DNA of 64,000 bases from Vicugna vicugna (lineage: Eukaryota), in contig MU058418.1 of assembly GCA_013265495.1 (NCBI GenBank), positions 1,202,917-1,266,916 of the forward strand. Direction: 5' to 3'. Each line of letters opens with the position of its first letter. Position 1 is the first letter of the stretch. The notes under the pieces are model-generated. The model was not told the DNA's origin and did not search any database. It saw only the letters and a list, made by a program, of their open reading frames with translations. The translations under genes were made by a program, and so were the position numbers. Below, piece by piece: positions 12,921 through 24,907 of the stretch.

Positions 12921-15414
12921 TAGGCATTTTAATGCTGTAAATTTTATTCTCAGTACTACTTTACATGCATGTCATACATTTTAATATGTCAATGCTTTCT
13001 CTTGTGATTTATTCTTTGACCTATGGGTTATTTAGAAGTGTATTGTTCAGCTTCCAAACGTGATTTTTCTATCCATCTTTTGGTTACTGATTCCCAAATT
13101 CATAATGATCAGAGAACCTATGTTGTATGGTTTGAATCTTTTAAATTTATTGAGACTTGTTTTATGGCCCAGAAAATGATGTTTCTTTTGCACTTAAAAA
13201 GAATGTGTATTCTACTGTTGTTGGTGGAGTGTTCTTTAAATGTCATTTGGGTCAAGTTGGTTGATAGTGTTATTCAAGTCTCCTATACCCTTACTGATTT
13301 TTCCCCCCTACTTTTTCTATCAATTATTGAGATAGAAGTGTTAAAATTTACAACTACAATTAGGGATTTGTCCATCTCCTTATAGTTCTATTTTTGTTTC
13401 AAGTATTTTGAAGTTCTGTTATTACTAAAGGCAAAAGATTTTTTCAATCTGAAGAGAAACCAGAGCATGAAGTTCTGTTATTAGGTGAATAAATATTTAG
13501 AATTGATATGTCTTTTTGGTGAATTGATTCCTTCATCAGTATGAAGTGAACCTCATTATTCTTGGCAATATTCCTTGCTCCAAAATCTACTATGGTTAGT
13601 ATTAATGTAGCCACTTCAGCTTTTTTTTTTTTCAATTAGTGTTTGCATGACATATCTTTTCCCATCCTTTTACTTTCAAGCTATCTGTGTCTTTATACTT
13701 AAAATGGACTTCTTGTAAGCAACACATAGTTGGAAATTTATTTTTTGTGCAATCTGACAATCTCTTTCAATTGGGGCATTTAAACCATTTACATTTAGTG
13801 TGATTATTGATATGATTGGGTTTAAATATACTATCTTGCTATTTTTGTTGTTGTTCCTTGTTACCATTTTCTGATTTTTCCCACTTTTATATTAATTTTT
13901 AAGATTCCATTTTATCTCTCATATCCATTTATTTGCCAAAGCTCCTTAATTTTTTTTTTAGTGGTTGCTTTAGAGTTTAGAATAAGTATCTTTAACTTAT
14001 CATAGCCTGCCTTTAAATAACATTATACCTCTTCTTATACCTCTTGATACTTCTTGATAATATAAAAACCTTACAACAGTATGCTTTCATTTACACTTTT
14101 CTGGCTTTTGTGCTATTGTGGTCATATATTTTGTTTTGTTATGGTATTTTATTATATAATTATGTATTTTATTATGTAATATTATTATATGTGTTTATTA
14201 TTTTATGTTAAAAACCTCACAATACGTTGTTATTTTTGCTTAAACAGTCAATAATCTTTTAAAGAGATTTTTAAATAAGAAAGAATATTTTATATTTACC
14301 TACATATTTACCATTTCTGTGCTACTCATTCTGCTGTATAGATTGAAATTTCCATCTAATATCATTTTCCTTCCTTTTGAAGGACTTTGTTTAACATTTC
14401 TTGCAGTGGTATTCTGTCAGTGATGATTTTTCTGACCTTTTATGTATCTGTTATGTCTCATAAAGTCTTTCTTTTGCTTTTATTTCTGAAAGTATTTTTG
14501 CTAACTAGTTATTTTCTTGGTTGACAGCTTTATGTTTGTGTTTGTTTTTCTTTTCAGTACTTCAGTGATGTTGCTTATCTTCTGACTCATTATTTCTGTT
14601 GAGAAATCTGCTGTCATTCTTATCTTTGTCCTTCTCTATATTGAGTGTATTTTCACTGGCTGTTTCTACAATTTTCTTTTTATCATTGATTTTTAAACAA
14701 TTTGTTTATGATATGTCATGATATAGTTTTCTTCATGTTTTTTTTTCTTATGGTTGATTGTGCTTCTTGGATCTGTGCATTTGTGGTTTTCATCAAATTT
14801 GGAGAATTTTTATCCCCTTTTTATCTTCACATATTTATTTCTGTCCTATCTCCTTGTCTCCAGTTTCTGGGACTCCAGTTACAACTATATGAGACCCCCC
14901 CCAAAAATCCCAAAAAACAAAAAAGAAACCAACTATATGAGATCCCTTTATGTTGTCTCACAGCTCACCAATGCTCTATTAATTTTTTTTCCAAAATTTT
15001 TTCCAATCTAGTTTCATTTTGGATGGTTTCCTTTGCACTGCCTAATCTGCGATTAATCCAGCCAATGTATTTCATCTCCGACGTATTTTTTTTCCTAGAA
15101 GTTCAACTTCTTGATTATTCTTCTTTGTTTTAGGTTATTTTTTGGCTATTTCTCCTTTTTAATTGAGTTATAATTGATGTATAACATGATACTAGTTTCA
15201 GGTGTACAACATAATGATTTTTTTTTTTGGCATGCAGATATTTTGTTCTCTATTTAAAAGAACTCACCATTGCATAGCACAACCATTATAGTGGGGCATT
15301 TACATCAATCAAGAGCCTATGGAGTCCAATTTCCAATCAAATGCCCAGCCACTTCTTAAACATCAGGTGGATAGTGTCTTTTTCTCTGGCTTTTGGTTCC
15401 TCCTTTGTCTCTTC

Positions 15415-15760
15415 TTTTTTTTTTTTTATTGACATATAATTGATTTACAATATTATATTTATTTCAGGTATACAACATAGTGATTCACAATTTTTATAGA
15501 TTATACTCAGTTTAAAGTTATTATAAAATGTTGGCTATATTCCTGTTCTGTACAATATATTCTTGTAGCTTATTTATTTTATATGTAGGGGGCTATCTTG
15601 CTCCTCTCCCCACTGTTAACTACTAGTTTGTTCTCTGTATCTGTAAGTCTGTTTCTGTTTTGTTATATTCATTTGTTTGTTTTATTTTTTATATTCCACA
15701 TATAAGTGATTACAAACTGTATTTGTCTTTCTCTGTCTGACTTATTCTGTTAAGCATCAT
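15415..15760 (-). mobile_element. L1 3' end fragment
   Basis: Poly-T followed by attgacatataattgatttacaat...attccacatataagtgat. Confidence 0.75.
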
Positions 15761-15834
15761 ATGGCACATTTTGAGTTACTGAGGGTTAGGACTTCTACAT
15801 ATTTTTGGAGAGAGATACAGTTCAACCAAAACAC

Positions 15835-18800
15835 AATCCTAGTGAGTGTGAAATGACATCTCATTATGGTTTTTATTTGCATTTCTGTGATAGTTAATGA
15901 TCTTGAACATCTTTTTATGTGCTTTTTGACCTTTTGTATATCTTCTTAGGCGAAAGATCTATTTATGTATGTCTAAACTGGGTCATTTGTCTTTTTATTG
16001 TTGAATCTTAAGTGTTCTTTATGTATTCTAGATACAACTCACTTGTCGGATATATGATTTGCAAAAATGTTCTCACATTCTGTGATTCTTTATTTTCTTG
16101 ATGGTGTCCTTTGAAGGACAAAATTGTTAAATTTTAATGCAGTCCAGTTTATTTTTTCTTTTGTTGCTTATGCTTTTATTGTCATATTTAAGAAACCATT
16201 GCCTAATCCAAAGTCATATGATTAATGCCTGTTTTCTTCAAAGAGCTTTATAGTTTTAGCTCTTGTATTAGGTATTTGATTAATTCTGAGTTATTTTTAT
16301 ATGGGATGTGAAGTAGTGATATGTCTTCATTCTCTTGCATGTGAATATCTAGTTGCCCCAGCACCATTTGTTGAAAAGACTATTCTTGCCTTATTGAATT
16401 GTGTTGACCCCCTTTTTGAAAATCAACTGACTGTAATTGGTCTCTCAATTATATCCTATTGGTCTATTTATCTATCTTTATGTCAAAACCACACTGTCTT
16501 GATTGCTATAGCTTTGTTCTAAGTTTTGAAATTAAGAAGTGTGAGTCCTCCAATTTTGTTTTGCTTTGTTGTGTTGTGTTTTGGCTATTCTGGATCCCTT
16601 GAATTTCCATATGAATTTTAGGATCAGCTTGTCAAGTTCTACAAAGAAGCCAGCTGGAATTTTGATAGGGATTGTGTTGAATCTGTAGGTCACATTGGGG
16701 AATAGGATATTAAGTCTTCTGATCCATGAGCATATAATGTTTTATTAGTTTCCTAAGGCTGCCATAGAAAGTACCACTAACCAAGTGTTTTAGAAGAGCA
16801 GGGATTTATTCTCTTGTTCTGGAGGCTATAAATTTGACATCAAAGTATTAGTAGTTTGGGTCTTTCTGAGCAGTATGAAGGAGAATCTGCTCCATGCCTC
16901 TCTCCTAGCTTCTGGTGGAGTTCCTTGACTTACAGGTGCATTACTCTGATCATTGACTTTAGCTTCATATGGTATTTTCCCTGTTTGTATCTGTTTCCAA
17001 ATGTCCTCTTCATATAAGGACACCAGTTATCACATTAGGGACTACCCTAATCCAGTATGACCTCATCTTAACTCGATTACATCTGCAAAGACCCTATTTC
17101 AAAATAAGGCCACATTCACAGGTATTGGGGAATAGTATTTTAATATCTTTTTGGAGGACACAATTCAACCCAAAACAGATGTCTTTTCATCTATTTTGGT
17201 CTTCTTTTAATTCCTTTCAACAATGTTTCCCAGTTTTCAATGTATAAAGTTTACAATTCTTTTTTTCTTTTTGAAGCTGGCATAAATAGAGCTGTCTTCC
17301 TAATTTCATTTTTGGCTCCTTCATTGCTACTGTGTAGAAATGCAATTGATTTTTTTTTTTTTTTTGCATATTGATCTTGTAGCCTGAAGCCATGCTGTAC
17401 TTGTTCATTTGTTCTAATAGTTTCATAGTAGATTCCTTAGGGTTTTCTAAATACAAGACCATGTCATCAGGAAATAGAGATAATTTTCTTCTCCTTTTCT
17501 AATCTGGATGCCTTTTACTTGTTTTTCTTGTCTAATTACCCTGCCTAGAACCTTCAGTGAAATGTATAGAAGTGGTATATTCTATCATAGAGAGTGAACA
17601 CACCCTTGTCTTATTCCTGAGCCTAGGGGAAAGACTTCAGTCTTTCACCATTATGATGCTAGCTGTGGGCTTTTCATAGATGCCCTTTATTAGATTGAGG
17701 ACATTCCTTCTGTTTCTAGTTATTGAATATTTTTATCATGAAGGGGTGTTGGATTTTTTCAAATGCATTTTTGTGTCTATTGAGATGATTATGTGGTTTT
17801 TCTCCATTATCCTATTGCTACGGTGTATTTTATTAATTGATTTTTTGGATTTTAAATCAATCACATTTCTGGGATGAATCTCACTTGGTCATGGTGTATA
17901 ATCCTTTTTTATATGTCACTGGATTTAGTATTACTAGTATTTCATTGAGGATTTTTGGGTTTATATTCATGAGATATATTGATCAGTAGTTTTCTTTTTT
18001 GGTGATGTCTTTGTCTGATTTTGCTATCAGGGCAAGACTGGCTTCCTAGAATGAATTTTGAAGGGCTCCCTCCTCTTCTATTCAGATTTTATCTTTTTTT
18101 CTTGAGTCAGTTTCAGTAGTTTGTGTCTTTCTATGAATTTGGCCATTTCATGCAAGTTATCTAATTTGTTGGTATACAGTTGTTAATAGTATTCCCTTAT
18201 AATTCTTTTTATTTCTATAAAGTCAGGAGTAATGTCTTCCCTTTCATCTCTGATTTTAGTAATTTTAGTTTTCTCTCTTTTTCTCAGTCCATTTACCTAA
18301 GGTTAGTCCATTTTATGCACCTTTTCAAAGAATTAACTTTTGGTTTTATTGATTTGCTCTATTGTTTTTCTGTTCTTTATTTCATGAATTTCCACTCTAA
18401 TCTTTATTATTTCCTTCTTTCCACTTGTTTTAGGTTTAGTTTTCTCTTCTTTGTCCAGGGTCTTATGGTAGAAAGTCAAGCTGTTGGTCTGAAATTTTTC
18501 TTCTTTTTTAATGTAAGCATTTATAGCTATAAATTTCTCTGTAAGCACTACTTTTGCTGCATCTCAGAGTTTTGGTATGTTATGTCTTCGTTTTCATTGT
18601 CTCAAATAATTTTCTAATGTTCCTTTTGATTTCTTTCTTTTTGGCCCATTTGGTATATAGGACTGCACTATTTAATTTCCACATATTTGTGAATTTCCCA
18701 AATAACTCTTCTGTTACCAATTTCTAATTCCACTCCATAGTGACTGGAGAATACTCTTTGTATAATTTCAATTATTTTTAATTTATTAAGGCTTGTTTTA

Positions 18801-19560
18801 TGGCCTAGGATATGATCTTTCTTTCAGAATGTTTCATGTGCATTTGAGAAAATGTATATTTTGTGGGTATTGAGTGGAGTGTTTATATAGATATCTGTTA
18901 GTCTAGTTTGTATATAGTGCAGTTAAAGACTTATTGTTTCCTGTTGATCTTCTCCCTAGTTGTTTTATCACTTATTGAAAGTTAGATATTGAAGTCTCCA
19001 ACTATTATTGTTGTGTTGTCCGTTTGTCCCTTCAGTTATGTCAGTTTTTGCTTCATGTATTTTGATGGTCCTTTCTAAGTGCAGATATGTTTGTAATTGT
19101 TATATCATACTGTTGGATTGATCTTTTTATCATTACAAAGTGTTCCTTTTAGTCTCTAATCATTTTTTTGTTATTGTTGTTTTAAAGTCTATTGTATCTG
19201 ATATTAGTAGCAATTGCTGTTTTCATGATGTATCAGTTTTTCACTCTTACTTTTAGCCTATTAGTGTCTTTGAATCTAAAGCATATCTCATGTAGACAGC
19301 ATATAGTTGGAACTTGCTTTTTTATCCAGCCTAACAATCTCTGCCTTTTGATTAAATTGTTTAATTCATTCACAAATTATGTTATTATTTATAAAATGGA
19401 ATTTATATCTGCTTTTCTACTTTTCATTTTCTTTCTGTTTCATGACTTACTTGTTTCTCCTTTCTTTACTCTTTTCTTTAACGTAAATATTTTTAGTGTT
19501 ACTTTTTTTTCTTTTAATACTTTTTTCTTTTATATATATTTTAGTGAAGAACTATTTATC
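15835..19560 (-). mobile_element. Old L1M ORF2 remnant, interrupted by an MLT1 LTR
   Basis: Minus-strand peptides MVLYLENPKESTMKLLEQMNKYS (17217-17462) and KFIAINAYIKKEEK...KEIIKIRVEIHEIKNRKTIEQINKTKS (18333-18548). Confidence 0.9.
16741..17177 (-). mobile_element. MLT1 (B/C-like) MaLR solo LTR
   Basis: tattagtttcctaaggctgcc...ctaatccagtatgacctcatcttaact...acatctgcaaagaccctatttc...caattcaacccaaaaca. Confidence 0.8.
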
Positions 19561-22500
19561 TCTTATAAGGTATAAAGTTTCATTCAAAGTGAAATGTTGC
19601 CTAAAATTCAAAATGAAGCATTGTATGTTGCTGTAAGTATTGATAATTAAAATATCAGTAATGATAATGAATCTTTATTCTAAGGCCACCTGTAGGGAAA
19701 AGGCCTCTATGGTGGGAAAATATAATTGATTCTCAAAACTAGATACACAGTAGATCTTTGTCATAAGAACTTTTATTGATATTTTATGAATGAGTAAGGC
19801 TCTATAACATTGCAAACTTACAACTGTATATTAGTAAAATACAACAATAACAGTTTTCTGCTTTGTATCCTTTTGGGCATAATCAGATAGGCCATTTATT
19901 AATGATGTATTTTAAAATCACAAAATTGTCCTCTTTGACATAATTTAGATATACATTTAAATATTCATTAATTAGTCTTATATTAACTCAAGGACTACTG
20001 AGTCAAATTAATTTCAAATGTTTGAAACTATTTGAAATACCACCTTAAAAGTGGTATAGCAACAAAAGAGGTTCATCTTGTATAGACTTCAATATCAGGT
20101 TCCATCAGTCAGCTCATCACACCTTTTATCTTCTATTCCTTTATTGAACTGTAGTTTGACAATAAAATATCACAATGTTTGTTTTCCAGCAGGTCAGACA
20201 GGACCAGAATAGAGCTGGACCACCATTTCCAGCTAAATAACATTGATGAAAGTATTCAGTTGTATAACTGTACCCATATAGAAAGATATACATAAGCTAT
20301 ATATACAATGTGTACATGACTAGATAATATATATACTTATGTATATTAAAGTACAGAGGAAATTTGTTAAATTTCCTTAGAATTCTTATCTTGTTATTTC
20401 ACCTTCAAATAGGTCACATTTATAACTAAAAATCTTCAATGTAAGAGTAGCTGATCTGGCAAAAGTCCTATATCTTTAGTTTCTTGCTGTGTATCTTTTT
20501 TTTACCTATTAAAACTCCCTGGTCTCTCTTTCTGAGGTGGATGTGACTATTTTCTTCTCCTAAAGAGGAGTTAGAGATTCCTACTCTCCAGCTTCTTCTT
20601 CACTTTTATTGTTGTTGTTTTTTTTAAATTTTCAGTCATTTTAGCCTTTCTGAAATTTTATAAAAAATATTTATTTTTGGATCTACCAAGTTGCAATTTT
20701 ACATGTTACATCACTGATTTATGTAGGGGGCGGAATGCAATATATAGATTTGGTAGAAATTTTATATGGAGTTTGGTGCAGAGAAGAGGGGGTGAAGGTC
20801 GGGAATTTGAGAACTAAAGGTGCTAGATCCCACTTCCTGCATTATACATAGGTCAAGATTAATGAAACCAGTTAAGTTACTCTCCAGGTGATTGAGAAGG
20901 GTGGGAAATTTAGAGGCTGAAATGGATCTCTGAACAGTCAATTAAGCCTTTGAGTGATTGAGAAGAAGATAAATACCAGGACAAAATCCGTCCTAACAAC
21001 TGATTCTGTTATGTAAAACAAACCTACAGGATTTGAAATGCACTCAAGTCTGTTGCCTAAAATTCAAAATGAAGCATTGTATGTTTTATATTAAGGCAAG
21101 TATAAACCAACTTAATCTTAGACCTGCCTCCAGCCCCAGATTATGTTTGGTATGAGCACAAAGAGCTGTACAGCATGAATGCACAAGGAATCAGTAGAGT
21201 GGGAAGGCTCACTGCCAGGGAAGTTTGGCACAAGAACTCTAAGAGGAAGGGGAAATTTCTCCCTCGTTGAATCGACTTTGGCTCTCTGGAATAGAGAACA
21301 TGGAGAGAGAGGGACCAAGGAAAGCCAACCCTATTCTACTTGTTGATACCTTAACAAGCTGTTGATTTTTAAAAGGGGATAAAGGGGCAAAGTGTGGGTA
21401 GCATTCTGTTCCTCTGAGTCAATCCTAATGAAGTAGGAGGTTCTTGAAGAAATTAATTTCCATTTAAATTCATGTGTGACCCTCTTCTAGAAACCTCCAC
21501 TTTTTTTGGAATTTTTGTTAAGAATTTCAAATGATCCAGCAATAATAAGGTCTTTTTTGACATATTCTATTCTTGAGTGTAAGTTTTCTGTTGAATGCCT
21601 GATTTCAGCCATAGAAATTTTCTTAAAATGGAAATGACTGATTACTTTCCTCTCTGTTTACTAGTTTAATATGGAAAAATAAATCAGGATTCTCATACTT
21701 CCGAAGTAATCAGGCTTTTAATCCAGGGTACTGTACTCCAGGATTCCTATAGTTGTTGGTGCCGAATTTCCTGGCAACGAAATAGTGGTCGATTCCAAGG
21801 CTTTTCTGACTTAAAGACACAGTAGTACTACTCAACAGAAAATAGAAATCTGCCCCTCCACTGCAGTTTCTGAGCCTAACAAAAGGTGACAGAAGCAATG
21901 AAATGGGTGGATTTTACCAGGGCATTATAGAACAAAGGAAAAAGGGTCTTGCTCTGCTTGGACCCCCCACCCTCTGCCCCCCAACAAAAAGCACTTGAAA
22001 AGAGTGACTCTGCTTCTTCAGAAATGAGTATATAATCTTTTACCATGGTCAACTTTTGGTTATGTGTGAGCTAATTTTCTGTTTTGCATCTTATCTGCTT
22101 TACAGTAGCATCCCGCTGATGGGGCCATTACCCAGAATTAGTCTCTTAAATTCTTTATTCTTACTCACTTGTAGGAGCTTATGTTTCTGCTTCCCTTCGT
22201 GAGAGGAAACGGGATACGATTCAAAGCATCTGAGCCTAATTCCTATATTTTCTCCTGATCATTTTGATGCTACTCAAGTCACTCTTCCTTAAGATATGCC
22301 TCTTTGTTGTTAAAATCAAACTACACAGAGCTGAGCAGAACATTTTCTTCCATCCAAGTGGCATGATATTCTTGTAGCCCCAGAAGAAAACTCTGAATTT
22401 AGCTCCCCTTTTACACTGAAAAAATCATGTTTAATTTAGTGCCATCTTTAGGCTGTAGGTTTTCCATACAACTGTTTTTGACTACCAGGCATCATCCCGC

Positions 22501-23139
22501 CTCAGGTTTGCTGGTTAGGCTAGAGTATTTTTCAAGAATGTTTGTAATTTGAGTCTAATTTTAATCACTACTTGTATTTTTATATAACCTATATCTTTGT
22601 GTGGGTTTTGTACATTTGTTTTCTGAATATACCTGTTGCCAACCTTAGGTTGTATGTTCTAAGCAGTTGATTTTTTTTTTTTTTGAAACTTAGCTGTCCC
22701 TCATCTTTCTTCAGAGCTTTACAGACATGATTGTATTTCTGAGTATAGATTTTTAATGTAAGGTAATGTTGCTATCTTTTTAAATAGTTTCACTGGAAAA
22801 CTGAGAAGAGGGCACTGGATTTACAGACTCATTTCTATTACTCTAGTTTTTCTCCAGTATAAATGACATCCCCCACCCCCCCAGTTTCAAAGTCAAAGAC
22901 ATTTTCTCTGGCTGAAACTTTTGCAATAAAGTTGTGTTCTTGAAATTTCCTACCTAAAGAAGTCAAATCAAAAGTCAAAATCTAAGGTGATTTTAAGAAC
23001 AGATTTACAAAGTTTTATCTATATTATAATGATATTTTACTAAGAAAATGGTTCTGAATTATTGCATTAATTAAATTATATTTGCATTTTTGTTTCATTT
23101 CCAAAAATAATTTGAGACAACTTTAAATTATTTATCTTA

Positions 23140-23945
23140 CATCCACTGTAATCACTAAAATGGAAGAGATGGAAAAAACCAAGTGTTGACAAGGAAGTGG
23201 AACAAGTAGAACTTTCTGTACACTGCAATTGAGAGAGTAAATTTCCCCTTTGGAAAACTGCTTGGCAGTATTTACTAAGCTGAATATAGATATACCCCGT
23301 GAACAGCAATTCTGTTCCTACGTATACATGCAGCAAACATAAGTTTACCAAAAGGTGTGTACTAGAATGTTCACAGTAGTACTATTCATAGTATCTCCAA
23401 ACTGTAAAGTGTACGAATACTCGTTGTTACAGACTGAATTGTGTCCCCCCAAAGTTCATAGGTGAAGCTTTAGCCCTCAATGTGACTATTTGGGGATAGG
23501 GTCTTTAAGGGGGTAATTAATTAAATGAGGTTTTATGGGTGGAACCCTAATCCCATAGGGCTGGTGCCCTCATAAGAAGAGGAAGAGACACCAGGGATGC
23601 ATGCACACAGAGGAAAGGTCATGTGAGGACACAGCAAGAAGATGGCCATCTGTAAGCCAAGGAGATAAACTTTAGAAGAAATCAAACCTGCTGATACCTT
23701 GATCTTGGACTTCCAGCCTCTAGAACTATGATAAAACAAATTTCTATTGGTTAAGCCACCAGTTTGTGGTATTCTTTTATGGCTGCCCTAGCAGACTAAT
23801 ACAGTCATCAGCAGTAGAATGATAATAAATTGTGGTATTTTCATGCAATAAAATACTACTGTACAGAAACAAAAATAAACTACTTCCACATGCATTGCTA
23901 TGTATGAATCTCACATAATATTGAGTAAACAAAGCCAGACACTTG
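23140..23945 (+). mobile_element. Ancient L1M 3' ORF2/3'UTR fragment, split by an MLT1 LTR
   Basis: ccaagtgttgacaaggaagtggaacaa...tttggaaaactgcttggcagta...aaattgtggtatt...aagccagac. Confidence 0.65.
23425..23803 (+). mobile_element. MLT1A/B MaLR solo LTR
   Basis: TGTTACAGACTGAATTGTGTCCCCCC...ttgatcttggacttccagcctctagaact...GCAGACTAATACA. Confidence 0.85.
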
Positions 23946-24625
23946 CTAATAAAATAAATGAGCTTATCTGAAGCAATATATACCCTAGTTCCTAGCTTGA
24001 AAGTGATTTAAGACTCTTAATGATTTGGTCAATGTCAGTACAAAATGAAAGACCCTTTTTATGTCTAGAATGTTTGTTAACCAGGAAGGTCAGGACTACC
24101 AGATATGGTAATTAAGGCTTTATGTTTTAAAAATCTTTTTAAAAAGTAATAAAAAAAGTTTAAATGATAACTTTTACATATTAAGTTTCTGAGGTATTTA
24201 AATTTTAAAATAATTTTATGTTAATATTTCCTTCTAATGTTTTCTACTATCAAAAGTCTGCCTGGTAGAGATCATTTTTACGTTATTGAAGGATATAATC
24301 TTGTCATGGTATATTGATTTATAATAGTGATAAGCTACAAATTTATGATAATTATGGGTTTTTTTAACAGAAAACTGCTGAAAATTTTAGTATAACCCTA
24401 TGATAGAAAAATGATTTACTGTTTATTATTATGGACATTCATTATTTGAGGACATATAAAGTATTGTGATAAATACAGAATTACTTAGCATGTCAGGAGT
24501 TTTCCAGATTAGTGTCTTTTTGGGAATTCGGAAACATTTTTTCTGGGATTCCTCCTGATTTTCCAGCTGGTAGTTACCCCCAGCTCTCTTCTGATTCTTC
24601 ATACCATGAAAACTGTATGTTTTCT

Positions 24626-24907
24626 TTTTCTTTTTTTTTTAATTGAAGTATAATTGATTTATAATGTTAATTTCTGGTGTACAGCATAATGATTCAGTTA
24701 TACATAGACAAATACATTCTTTTTCATTATAGTCTATTACGAGGTATTGAATATAGTTCCCTGTGCTATACAGTAGGACCTTGTTATTTATCTAATATAT
24801 GTATATTAGTTAGTATCTGCAAATCCTGATCTCCAAATTTATCCCTCCTCTGTTCCCCTCCACCCCCCATCAATAGCCATAAGTTTGTTTTGTGTGTCTG
24901 TGAGTCT
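24626..24907 (-). mobile_element. Short L1 3' end insertion within an older L1M 5'/ORF1 remnant (about 24540-26500)
   Basis: Poly-T plus aattgaagtataattgattt. Imperfect TSD gaaaactgtatgttttct (24608-24625) / gaaggactgtaggttttct (24908-24926). Confidence 0.75.

Larger units (their letters stand above)
12030..15130 (-). mobile_element. Ancient L1M remnant (ORF1 and ORF2 endonuclease region)
   Basis: Minus-strand peptides ISIITLNVNGLNAPIER (13676-13867) and HFILMKESIHQKDISILNIYSPNNR (13444-13635) are L1 endonuclease motifs. Confidence 0.85.
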
